A stretch of DNA of 64,000 nt. Origin: Histomonas meleagridis 2922-C6/04-290x. Its lineage: Eukaryota > Protista > Parabasalia. A program made the position numbers and the translations under genes. The stretch covers positions 62,001 through 126,000 of the forward strand of contig JAANOX010000142.1 of NCBI GenBank assembly GCA_020184695.1, given 5' to 3'. The notes beneath the pieces were generated by a model. The model saw only the letters and a program-made list of their open reading frames with translations. It searched no databases and was not told the origin of the DNA. The number at the start of each line of letters is the position of its first letter. The first letter of the stretch is position 1. Of the stretch, positions 30,389-41,167 are shown piece by piece.

Positions 30389-33300
30389 ATGAAAGATGTT
30401 CATGCAAAATTTTCTCCTATTATTGACCTTTTAAATTGGATTATATCGATGAATGAATCTAATTTTGAAAGCATTCAAGAAAGGATTTTAGATTCAAGTT
30501 TTATGCAAGATCAATCAAGTTTTAATCAAATTACAAGAGCGATGTTTAATGCAATGCATTTTAGGTCAGATGTTGCTATTTATAATTCTAAATTATGTTT
30601 ATTTATAAAAAAATCTAATTTAGAACCCCCGAATTTTTTTATAAAAAAACTTTCAAATTCCACAAATATCACACAAAATCATATGCTCTTTTTTCGTAAG
30701 TGTGTTGATAATAATGTTTTTACATTAGATCAAATATTAAATGCTATTACTCATTTTTTTCTTGAGCTAAATTCAAATTCACAACTTTTTTATGATCAAT
30801 TAAAAATTCGCTTTTTTTGGTTTTTATATGAATTAAAGATTTATAGAAAAGACATTTATAAGGAAATTCTTATATTTTTTCGGCGCTTTGAATGTTATGA
30901 AGATATTAATTGCGTTAAATTATTTTTAGCATCTGAAAACTTTCAAATGTTCAATAAATTACTTCAACAAGAATATATAGAAAACACTTTAGCATATTAT
31001 ATATCAAAAGATGATATTGAAACATTTCAAGAGAAGTTTATTGATATTAATAGTACTATTCCAATACTTCCATTAAATCATACGTTTTCTGTTATTCAAC
31101 ATCCGACATTACTTCAATTTGCTTCTTTTTATTCATCGATTCGATGTCTAAAATTTATGTTACTTAATAATGCTTTGATAAATAAAGATACTGAGTTTGG
31201 ATCTATAAAACATCTTGAAATAGAACAAAATTTTATAAATGTTTCTTCTGATGAATCAGAAGATGAAGAAAATGTTCAATTGGAATTAAAAAATGATGAT
31301 TTTCCATCATTACAAAAATTAATAAAATTAAAACATGTCGGCGATTATGCAATTGCTGGTGGAAACATTGAAACTATAACTTTATTAAATCAAAATAAAG
31401 TTGATTTTGAAAGATGTTTAAAAATTGCAATTGCTTTTTTTCGTAATGATTTATTCGAATGGATTATGGATAATTTTATTCAAGGTCCAATCAAAAAAAT
31501 ATCGAAAATTTTGTATATTTCTATAGTTGTAGGAAATATAGAAATTGTTGAGTTTTTACAGAAAAAAATTCCACGAGTTTTAAGTATTGCATATGTTTAT
31601 TTTATCTAAATTTAAAGTTCAATTTTTTCTTTTGATATTTTCCCAATTCATACAGCAATTCATTTTAGACAAAAAGAAATTGTTGATTTCATTCTAATTA
31701 AATCGAGTAAATCTTTGTTTTTGAAAAATCCTTTTAATCAAACTCCATTAATACAAGCGATTGATGAAAAATCATCAAAACTTGTTAAAACTATTATTGA
31801 TAAACAAGAATCAAATGATTTTATGTCACAAAATAATTTTAATGATATGAATCCATTACATTATGCATGTTGTTATGGTAATACTAAAATTGTTTTATTA
31901 TTACTTGAGAAAGATATTTCTTTACTTGATAATAAATATAAAAATACTCCATTAATATGTTCGATTAAATATTCTCAAACGAAAATCTTTGATTATTTAA
32001 TATCTGATGATAGAATTGATATAAATATTATAACACCTAAAGGTATAACTGCACCACATACTTGTATTAAATATGATAAAGTTGAAATGTTTCAAAAGTT
32101 ATTAAATACTGGAAAACTTAACTTAAATTTAATTGATGGAAATGGTTATCCTTTTTTACATTATTCCATTTATAGAAATGCACAAAATTTTATTAAAATG
32201 TTAATACCTTTATCATGGATAGATATAAATTTGCAAGCTAAAAATGGCGAATATTTATTACATGTAGCAGTGAAATCAAAATGTTTAACTATGGTAAAAT
32301 TTGTAATTTCACTTACAAATGAACAATTTTTATTAAAAGATAATTATGGAAATACGCCATTACATTATGCTGCGCAAATTAAATCAAAACGAATTTTTAA
32401 AGCATTATTAAAATGTGAAGGAATTGATATAAATTCCCAAAATAATAAAGGCAATACAGTTCTTCATATAGCTATAAAGAAACAAAGAACTAAACATATT
32501 AATAAAATATTACAAATGAAAAATATAAATTTAAATATACAAAATAAAAAAGGTGAAACTGCTCTTTTTTTAGCAGTAAAAAAACAAAACTCAGATTATG
32601 TTAATCAATTATTACAATGTCCTAAAATTGATGTTAACATAACTGAATCATTAAATGGAATGTCCCCTTTACATATGGCTGTTTCACTTAAAGATAAAAA
32701 ATCAGCTTCACTTCTTCTTGAATCATCAAATGTTAATATTAATATCCAAAATAAAATTTCTTTTTAATATTTGATGGAATTTCATTTTCTTTTTCTTGAC
32801 ACCACTTCATATCGCAGCACAAAAGAAATTAAATGATTTTATTCGTATTCTATTTGTTAATCCTTCGATTGATTTACTTGTGAAAGATAACTTTCATAAA
32901 ACTGCTTTGCATTATGAAGTTATTGTGGATAAAAGTTGGTTTGGATTAAAAATGTTTAATCCTTACATGTATACAAGTAAAATATCAAATGAAACTATTC
33001 GAAAGTTTCTTATAAAAAATATCGAGTCTGCTTATGTGCCTGATGATGATGGAAATACTCCTTTACATATCGCGTTAACTGAACCTTCATTTGATGGTAA
33101 TATATTAAAATCATGTAATGTGAAAAAGATAGAAATAAGAAATAATGTTTTTTTAGTTCTTTTAATGGCGTTTATTTTTTCCTTTTCAAACACTTTTACA
33201 TATGGCAGCTGGCGCTGGAAATATTGATGCGGTATTGTACATTTTGGACTTGAATCCTAAAATGTTAAACCAAAAAGATAATAATGGTGATACACCTCTT

Positions 33301-33453
33301 CATTTCGCTGCAAAAGGAGGAAGAGTTTATACTGTATCAAGACTTGTTTTGTTCGATGGAATAGATAGATTTGCAAGGAACAAGCAAAACAAAACTCCTT
33401 TAGATCTTGTTCGTAATGATATGAAAAATGAATTTGTGAAATTCTTCAAATAA
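30389..33453 (+). CDS. Long DUF3447-type ankyrin-repeat protein (about 980 aa) assembled from four ORF-track fragments by spacer removal
   Basis: Removing 32756-72 and 32779-95 gives NIQNKDGLTPLH; removing 33147-63 and 33170-86 gives EIRNNNGQTLLH. The junction at 31577-31633 resolves as 3x17 nt or as 19+17 nt. All joins are in frame. Confidence 0.82.
32756..33186 (+). other. Two pairs of 17-nt spacers flanking 6-nt micro-exons (GATGGA; AATGGC)
   Basis: ATTTCTTTTTAATATTT, ATTTCATTTTCTTTTTC, GTTTTTTTAGTTCTTTT and GTTTATTTTTTCCTTTT, each 17 nt. Confidence 0.9.
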
Positions 33454-34511
33454 ATTGTTTTTATTTTCACTTTTTATACACAAACTCTTCACACTAAATT
33501 AAGGCTCCTTTTTCTAAAAACTGGACACCAGAAATTTCTTAAAAATTTGTATGCTATTGAAGCAGTTTGTATAGATGTACATATCCTGAACAGAGAGAAA
33601 TATTAAAATACTTCATTTAATGAAACTGTAATCATAAAAAAATTATTTTTGACTCAGAGAATAAAATAGATCATTTCAATATAATAATGAAGATATGATA
33701 TTTATTCATATGCATAATGTAATTTAGAAAAATTTCATAAAATAATTGAGAAAAAAATATTTTATTATAATTTGAATTATCCATATAGGAACATTTTTTT
33801 CAGAAACTATTTTGCTTCTTTAATATAATACATTTTTCGTGTATATTATAAAAAATACAGACCCCATTAACAAATTTGAAATATAGATAAAATCGTTTTA
33901 AAAAATGAAGACGTTAAGTCACCTCAAGTCGTCTGAAAAATCACAAAATTCAACATCACAAGTATCCACACCGCCAAAAGTTCCATTTTTTAATGTCATT
34001 TCGTGTTTTAAATGTGAATTTAGGATACTCATAATAAGAGGCATTAGATAATATTGCAGAAGCTTTTGAAATAAATTGGTGCAAATGTTATAATAATCAA
34101 GGGTTTTGATTCCCTCAACGATTGGATGCGCGATTTGGGCTGGATAAGTTGGCTTGGTTCAGGGGTAATCTTAAATATAATTGCGAACTGCTTGGCACCT
34201 TGGGTTAACACAATTGAAGACATGTTCCAGAACGCCACATTGGCAAGCAAAAGGAGTGCAATTTGTAGTTAACTTTAAAAGACAAAATATTAAAAACAAG
34301 AAAAAAAGGAAATGAAACAATTACTTAAAAAAAATATGCTAGTAGTATTAACATGTTAATTTCAATGTGTTTTTGTTTCATAAATTCATTTTAAACGTTA
34401 AATTAAGACAAAAACCGAAATAAATTCAGAGACATTCACACAAATTCAATCCCAACGTCCAAAAATTGAAACTTTTTGATATAGCGGGTACAAAAGTGTC
34501 ACATAAGTTCG

Positions 34512-34787
34512 ATGAGACAAACAAGAGACCAACAACGATTTAATGCATTTATGGTAAACTTCATGTCTTCCTCAAATGAAGACCTCTACCACCCATCAAG
34601 CAATGAACCTATGCCAAATCTTGATGGATATAATAGCAAAACAGGTCAAGCATCTTATGTTACAGCTCCAACTAATCAAACTAGAGGCAACGTAAAAGCA
34701 ACAAATGCACCAGCTCCACCACAACCTAGACAAGCACCAGCTCATCAGACACAACAACAAAATAATAGACCGGTTGGAAGGCTTTAA
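34512..34787 (+). CDS. Small low-complexity hypothetical protein
   Basis: 91-aa ORF with a Gln/Pro-rich C-terminus. Confidence 0.55.
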   Translation: MRQTRDQQRFNAFMVNFMSSSNEDLYHPSSNEPMPNLDGYNSKTGQASYVTAPTNQTRGNVKATNAPAPPQPRQAPAHQTQQQNNRPVGRL

Positions 34788-34825
34788 TTAAAAGCGATTT
34801 TATTGACAACATTTTACTTATATAC

Positions 34826-35782
34826 TTAGGCTGAAAATGGTTTTTCTGCAAATATAATTTGTTTGATTTCCGATAAATCTTTTGAATTTGAGATTTTCTG
34901 ATAGTCTTGTGTTTTTGTAATAAACCTATGTTTTCCAAGCATGGAATTAAGACACCATCTCCACTCCCTTTTATCTATACAATTTTCTTCGGCAATTTCA
35001 ATGTATCTTCGAGCGACAGTAATAGGATCTTTTGGTTCTTCAGAGAAGACAGACGGGTTTTTCAAAGCAGCGGATGATATAATAACTGATTCGCAGCCTG
35101 TTAATTCCATCATTTTTTGGGCTCCAGATCTTGATTTAACACCTCCGTTGCCAATCTTTGCCACATGGATGTGTTCAAACACTGTTTTCATGTCATCATA
35201 AGCAATATTTCCTTTGTTCTTTTGTTCTTTTAAACGGCCATGTATTGCAATTGCTGATGCTCCAGCATTTTCACAAGCAACTGCAAATTGAATCGAATTT
35301 TCGATATTGGGATGAATTCGATGTTTAACTGAGATCGGTACATTAAAGTTTCGACGAAGAGCAGAAATTACTTCGACGACCGTTTGCGGATCATTCATTA
35401 ATGCAGAACCATCGCCACGAGATGTCGCGAAGGATTCAGGACATCCACAATTAAGGTCAACAGCTGATGAAAATGATATAATTTTTTGGGTAGCAAGAAC
35501 AGCTTTGGCGGGATCATGACCAACTAATTGAAAAACAAGTTTCCCATCTTCTTTTGGTGAAGAATGGAAATGAACACGAGGGCTATCAGGCCATCCAAAG
35601 TATAGTGTCCTTGGATCATCTTCTTTGATATGACTGATCAAAATTGCATCAATGCTTGTGGCTGGACTATAGACAGCATCAGCACCATACTCAAGACATA
35701 AGAGGCGGAATGGGAGACAAGATGCGCGGACCATTGGTCCTGCAAAGAGCTTATTTCGGTAAAAATCTGAGTATTGGGCCAT
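34826..35782 (-). CDS. tRNA-dihydrouridine synthase (DUS2-like)
   Basis: LFAGPMVR, VFQL, VDLNCGCP, GSALM, IAIHGR and IGNGGV motifs. Start placed at MAQY. Confidence 0.9.
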   Translation of the reverse strand: MAQYSDFYRNKLFAGPMVRASCLPFRLLCLEYGADAVYSPATSIDAILISHIKEDDPRTLYFGWPDSPRVHFHSSPKEDGKLVFQLVGHDPAKAVLATQKIISFSSAVDLNCGCPESFATSRGDGSALMNDPQTVVEVISALRRNFNVPISVKHRIHPNIENSIQFAVACENAGASAIAIHGRLKEQKNKGNIAYDDMKTVFEHIHVAKIGNGGVKSRSGAQKMMELTGCESVIISSAALKNPSVFSEEPKDPITVARRYIEIAEENCIDKREWRWCLNSMLGKHRFITKTQDYQKISNSKDLSEIKQIIFAEKPFSA

Positions 35783-36084
35783 TTTTTTGGCAAAAAATTG
35801 AGAACTTCTAGTTTTGTCGCACAAACATTTGAATGAAAATGTTTTTTGACAGGTAATTGAATACATTATCAAAAAGTAGAGTAAATGTTTTGCTCTTGTC
35901 AATGATCCCCACAAAAAAAAATAATTTTTAATAAAATTCATTTGTCATTAATGCTTTTGAGAGTTCATAATGTTATTGCACATCTTTTTTCCCAAAAAAC
36001 TTCGAGTGTAATAATTTTTCATATGAAAAATATGACGCATCAAAATTTGATGTCAAAATGAAAATTTGGTGTTATATTTAAAAT

Positions 36085-37740
36085 TTATTTCTTTTGCGCC
36101 GAAAGTATTCCGTTCTGTGCGATGAACACCTTTAAGAAGTTTGAGTTATTAAATTGCATCAATGCGGCTCTCAACATGTCCATTTTGTTTGGGTGGTCCA
36201 ACAAGTATGCCAAAGCGACAGATCTTTCGACAATTGCCTCATTCGAAGGGTATTGCGAGAGCGCCTTCAAAACAGTTGGTAGCGCAGGTTTCACTTCCTT
36301 AACATCATCCAAAAGTCCTGAGTTTGCAGCCTCATACAAGAACGCCACCAAGTTTTGAGCCACGTCTTCCATTTTCATATGCATTGCCAATAACACAGAT
36401 GCCAATCTAATCAACTTGAATTCCTTTGCCTTTTCAGGTGCATAATTTACGGCGATGGAAAATGCCGCAAATGTTGTTGCAACAACTTCTTCATTCTTTG
36501 TATTCTTCATTAGAAGCGGGGCCAAAGCGTCGAAAATTTTATTTGCCTTTAGGATTCTATTTTCTTTTTCTTCGTTTGAGATTTTTCGTAACAAAATTCT
36601 TGAGAATATTAACGAAGCTGCGATGATTTCAGCCTCATTAATGTTTTCCTTTTTCAACATCTCAAATATCCAATCAATTGCGCCAAGTGTTTCCGCTTGT
36701 TTTAATAATTCCGGCACAAGTGATAACTTACTTAGTAATAATAACGCGCCCATAGTTTTCTTCTCCAATATGATTTCGATTATCTCTTGATTGATAAGTT
36801 CGACTAAAAGAGATGGACTACTTGCTATTTGGAATAGTAAGAAAAACGCGCCTTCGATTTCACCGTGGTCATTAATGATCTTTAATGATTTGGTGATTAA
36901 TGGGATGAAACCTTCTTTCGATAAATGAGAATATAAGTTGCGCGGAATCATTCGGAGTAATTTAATGGAGTTACCAATGATGTCTAAATCACTTTCATAG
37001 CGTTTCATGACATTGCGTATGACAATATATCCATTCCATACACTCGAAACTCCACTTTCCACAAGTAACCGTAACGCTATTAACGAGTTGTTAATGAGAG
37101 TTTTGTTGTCATGATATAACTGAATTATTCCATAGATTATATTCGGTGAATCTGTCGAATTGATTTTGGTAATAACTGCTGCTTCAAGTTTTGTTTCGTT
37201 ATGGAGTGTATTGATAAGTGATTCAAGTGACTCATTAAGTGATTTTTCATTGAGAAAATTGTTGATAATTTGTGAAAATGATTGAAGTTGTTTGTCTTTG
37301 GGATCAATGATTGGAATGTTTAACTTCTTTAACAAACTCTGAAAAGATTTTTGTGCTTCGCCTTTCTTATTGATGCGATTGCCTTCGCTATATTCTTGAA
37401 ATGCTTCTAAATATTCGAGTTGTGCTTCATAACATTCACCAAGTCGTACATGTGCAAGACTTAATATGGGTGTTAAGGGGTTATTTTGTTTTCCTTTGTG
37501 ATGATAATCATTATATATTTTAATGACTGTGTTTGCATCTTCTTGTGCTTCTGTATATTTGTGAAGTTGTGTATAGCAAAATGAGCGATTTAATAGACAA
37601 TTACACTTAAGAATTGTTTCTTCCTCATTTTGAGGTGTCAATGAATCAATTACATTGTTGAAGTCTTCAACAGCTTTGTTGTACTTCTTTTGGTTTATTT
37701 TGGTCACGCCGAGGTTTTTGGAACGCAAATAGCCCTCCAT
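36085..37740 (-). CDS. TPR + armadillo-repeat protein
   Basis: N-terminal TPRs (CLLNRSFCYTQLHKYTEAQEDAN; AHVRLGECYEAQLEYLEAFQEY) followed by ARM-like helices. Confidence 0.7.
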   Translation of the reverse strand: MEGYLRSKNLGVTKINQKKYNKAVEDFNNVIDSLTPQNEEETILKCNCLLNRSFCYTQLHKYTEAQEDANTVIKIYNDYHHKGKQNNPLTPILSLAHVRLGECYEAQLEYLEAFQEYSEGNRINKKGEAQKSFQSLLKKLNIPIIDPKDKQLQSFSQIINNFLNEKSLNESLESLINTLHNETKLEAAVITKINSTDSPNIIYGIIQLYHDNKTLINNSLIALRLLVESGVSSVWNGYIVIRNVMKRYESDLDIIGNSIKLLRMIPRNLYSHLSKEGFIPLITKSLKIINDHGEIEGAFFLLFQIASSPSLLVELINQEIIEIILEKKTMGALLLLSKLSLVPELLKQAETLGAIDWIFEMLKKENINEAEIIAASLIFSRILLRKISNEEKENRILKANKIFDALAPLLMKNTKNEEVVATTFAAFSIAVNYAPEKAKEFKLIRLASVLLAMHMKMEDVAQNLVAFLYEAANSGLLDDVKEVKPALPTVLKALSQYPSNEAIVERSVALAYLLDHPNKMDMLRAALMQFNNSNFLKVFIAQNGILSAQKK

Positions 37741-37856
37741 ACGATGGGACAAAAGGACAGAAGTATTGAATAGTTTACGTGGGTTCAATTGTGGACTTCT
37801 GCAAAATGTTACACTAAATAAAAAATTTCATTGCAAATTGCCATGCAGTAATCGAG

Positions 37857-37928
37857 TCGCTGATAGTGTAATGGTTATCATGTAGGATTGTCGTTCCTGT
37901 GATCCGGGTTCGATTCCCGGTCAGCGAG
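37857..37928 (+). tRNA. tRNA-Asp(GTC)
   Basis: TCGCTGA/TCAGCGA acceptor stem, anticodon loop TTGTCGT, TTCGATT T-loop, T-run after. Confidence 0.93.
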
Positions 37929-38042
37929 TTTTTTGTTGTTTTTTGTTTTTGTTTGATGTCTGATTAAAAAAATTGAAATTTTGATGAATAAAAATCAAAA
38001 AATTTATAAAATATTTTATAAATATTTAAACAAAACAAATTT

Positions 38043-39494
38043 CTATTTGCGTAATCTTCCAAATGGATTTTCCTTCGCTTTTTGGAATGCTTTATCTCCA
38101 TATAGCCAATTCCGATTCCATGTCATTAATTCATTTTCTCTCATTGTAGCCCCATATACATAAGGACTCCACAGCCAAAACACAAAAATAACACAAGCGC
38201 ATGATATACAAGCTATTATTCCTTTGATTTTTGGATGAACGAAGTCCAGTAAAGCACCATATGACATAACGCCAAAAATTAAAGGTATTAAATAATGATA
38301 TAAATAAAGTACACGAGGCACAAGATACAAAGGAAAATAACATGCAGCCCATCCGACTACAAATCTGAGAATAATGAAAAAATTATTTTTTCGAAATCCG
38401 AAAAGGATAATTCCGACAACACCAATAAACGCTAAATAATACGACACTATATTTCCTTGGCATTTAACTTGGTAACTACCAAAATGTCCCCAAAAAAGAA
38501 CGCTCATGCCGGTTAAAAGTGGCCAATTAAACGGTCGACTCTGTGATGGATGAAACATTACAACGTGCATATTCTTTTTGTGCATGACATGAGTCAATTC
38601 CATTGATCTATAGAAGAGACCAGAACCAACAATTCTTTTTCCCCAAAGTTCAGTCCCGAGGGATGATAAACTGATCAGATTTGATCGAAGATTATTTGTT
38701 ACATATTTGTTCCCTTGCCCTGAAAAAGGAAGTAATATGAAATGGGCATAGAATGAAAGACAATAAACAGAAAATTGAATAAGAAAAAGTGAGACGCCAT
38801 AGATAAAGATTTCAAATAAATAATCAAATATACCTAATTTTAAAACAGGAATGAAATATACAATATAAACATATGCATCTAAACCCATTAACCCCCATGC
38901 TGTGTTCTTACATGAACAGGCACACCCTAATGAGAGACCGTTTAGGATGTGGAAGACGTTAAAACGTTTTCCTCTTTTTAATGAAGAAGAATATGAAAGA
39001 ACAGCAATGTGTAAGCAACAAAAAAAATGAAGGATTCCATCACTTAAAATAAAGCGTCCTTCAGTTGCTGTTGATGTGTCAAAAATAATTAATAATGATG
39101 ATGTAAATGAAGATAGATGACTAACATGTGTAAAACGAAGAGATAAATATATCAATGGTGCACACAAAGAAGAAAAAAATGATGGTGTGATTCTTAATTG
39201 TATATAATCTTCTTGTGGATAATGTTTAACAAAAGGAAATACAATATTTCCATCATATTCTGAAAGATTTGCAAAATAAAACATAATAAGTTTTGCAAGT
39301 GGAGGGTGAATATCAAAAAAGAATTCTGATTTTGTATACCAATTTGTGAAATTTCCAAAATGAAATTCATCAAATACAGTTCCGTCTGGATAATAAAGAT
39401 TCCACCACCTTATTACAAAAGAAATACATGAGAGGAGAAATATCAAAAAGCAGTCATAAGAATCGAAAGCTGCTTTTTGATTCCCTTTCTCCAT
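38043..39494 (-). CDS. Dolichyl-phosphate-mannose:protein O-mannosyltransferase (PMT/POMT family, no MIR domain)
   Basis: VFDEFHFG, FFDIHPPLAKL, RFILSD, KNTA, HPSQSRPFNWP and RVLYLYHY motifs; multiple TM helices. Confidence 0.9.
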   Translation of the reverse strand: MEKGNQKAAFDSYDCFLIFLLSCISFVIRWWNLYYPDGTVFDEFHFGNFTNWYTKSEFFFDIHPPLAKLIMFYFANLSEYDGNIVFPFVKHYPQEDYIQLRITPSFFSSLCAPLIYLSLRFTHVSHLSSFTSSLLIIFDTSTATEGRFILSDGILHFFCCLHIAVLSYSSSLKRGKRFNVFHILNGLSLGCACSCKNTAWGLMGLDAYVYIVYFIPVLKLGIFDYLFEIFIYGVSLFLIQFSVYCLSFYAHFILLPFSGQGNKYVTNNLRSNLISLSSLGTELWGKRIVGSGLFYRSMELTHVMHKKNMHVVMFHPSQSRPFNWPLLTGMSVLFWGHFGSYQVKCQGNIVSYYLAFIGVVGIILFGFRKNNFFIILRFVVGWAACYFPLYLVPRVLYLYHYLIPLIFGVMSYGALLDFVHPKIKGIIACISCACVIFVFWLWSPYVYGATMRENELMTWNRNWLYGDKAFQKAKENPFGRLRK

Positions 39495-40019
39495 TGGTGG
39501 CCGTTAACAACTCAGATCGACTTTTTGAAAGTACTTCAAAGGAAACGTGGCAAAATAAAAAATCAACTCAAAACGCAAATATTTTGTTATTGCCTCATAA
39601 ATAAAATAAAAATATGGTGTTTACCAATTGTAAAATTTTGAAAGAATTAAAATTTATTTTTTGTCTATAGATAATTAAGACTGAAAGTTAAAATAAATTA
39701 ATTTTGTTCAAAAAAAGAATTTTATCAACACACAATAATTTAAAACATCAAATAAATCTTAATAAACATATGTAGCTAAAATTATTAAACCAAATCAGCG
39801 AGATTAGTTTAACAAATAAGATTTATTGTAACAAGTAGTTTAGACATGTTCGATGTTTTCCTGCATTTCTTGTAAAAATAAAATTCAAGACCTAGTGCCA
39901 AAAAGGAATGAAGATGTTCATTAATCTATTTATGTTATACCTATTAAAAAAAATTACATTAAAATTTCATCAAAAAAATGTTTAATAAATTAATTTAGAA
40001 AAATTTTTATCTTTTGGAA

Positions 40020-40634
40020 TCAATCTGTTTTAGAGTGTCCCTCATCTTGGACTTCTTGGTTTGCCAATCTCTTTATCTTGCATTGTTGAATGAGAGAGGA
40101 AACAACTGAACAAAGAATGAAAGTTGCTGCCATGAAAAGATGTTTATAAATTCTTTCATACCATGGAAGTGAGCTTTCAGATTCTATTTTGTCAAGGGTA
40201 AAAACAACCCAGCTGTTGTCTTTTGGCTCAAAGATTGTTAATTGAAGAATCTTATTGGTTATCATGATTGCATGATATGTTTTTTCATCTTCCCACTTTC
40301 CATATGATTCAATGTGCGGTGGTAAGTATGGAGAGAAATCAAAATTTGCAATAACTTTTGACCCATCAATTAATGTAAAAATGCCCTTTTCTTTTTCTGA
40401 AAAAACTGCAGTATAATTTTTGATAAGTTCACGATTTATATCTAAAACATTAATATGAATGATATTATTTTTTTTTGATTGCGTGACATAGAGAGAGGAT
40501 TTAATTTCAGAATCTTGGTTAAGAATTTCTGATGGAATTCTTTCATTAACAGACCAATTGCCAATTAATATTTCTTTTACTTCGGCTTGTGTTTCAGAAC
40601 GTGATAAAAATGAAAAAATAAGCCAAAATAACAT
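40020..40634 (-). CDS. Hypothetical single-pass membrane protein
   Basis: Signal peptide and a C-terminal hydrophobic helix. Confidence 0.6.
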   Translation of the reverse strand: MLFWLIFSFLSRSETQAEVKEILIGNWSVNERIPSEILNQDSEIKSSLYVTQSKKNNIIHINVLDINRELIKNYTAVFSEKEKGIFTLIDGSKVIANFDFSPYLPPHIESYGKWEDEKTYHAIMITNKILQLTIFEPKDNSWVVFTLDKIESESSLPWYERIYKHLFMAATFILCSVVSSLIQQCKIKRLANQEVQDEGHSKTD

Positions 40635-40709
40635 TTGAATTCACCTTTAGGCTAAACCAGAATTAAAATCTAATTCAATTTTAATATTCTATAATTAAAT
40701 TTATCGAAA

Positions 40710-40781
40710 GGGTGATTGGTCTAGTGGAATGATTCTCGCTTTGGGTGCGAGAGGTCTCGGGTTCGATTCCCGAATCGCCCC
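40710..40781 (+). tRNA. tRNA-Pro(TGG)
   Basis: GGGTGAT/ATCGCCC acceptor stem, CTCGC-TTTGGGT-GCGAG anticodon arm, TTCGATT T-loop. Confidence 0.93.
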
Positions 40782-40844
40782 GAATTTTTTGTTAATTTTT
40801 TATTTGTGATTTATCAATAATTCTCATAAATAAATATAGCCATA

Positions 40845-40980
40845 TATGCAATCATAGCATCTGAAATAGGTCACACAAAAATAGATAGGTTATTTGAAAC
40901 TTTAAAATAGTATTTGGAAATTATTCGAGATATCTCTTATATTTCCGCACCTTCAGGAGTTCGCAAAGAAATAGTTGAAT
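40845..40980 (+). pseudogene. Ankyrin-repeat relic retaining two 17-nt spacers around a GGA codon
   Basis: IASEIGHTKI..., then ACTTTAAAATAGTATTT (40899-915), GGA, AATTATTCGAGATATCT (40919-935), resembling slots 3 and 4 of the DUF3447 genes. Confidence 0.6.
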
Positions 40981-41152
40981 TCAAAAGACTTTGGGGCGCA
41001 CCATTTACAAAGAGTTGTAATTTTATTGGATCCGTTTATTTTTTATCGTATATAAAAAAGTGAAATGATAATATGTCGATTTGGCAAAAAATCAATTAAA
41101 AAATTTGGAAACGATAAAATTGTACTAAAAAAGTTTAATGTTACAAGTCACA

Positions 41153-41157
41153 TCACT
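41153..41157 (+). promoter_or_regulatory. Initiator-like element TCACT upstream of the RNA ligase ATG (41168)
   Basis: Matches the trichomonad Inr consensus TCAYT, 10 nt before an in-frame ATG. Confidence 0.45.
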
Positions 41158-41167
41158 AAATTTAGAC

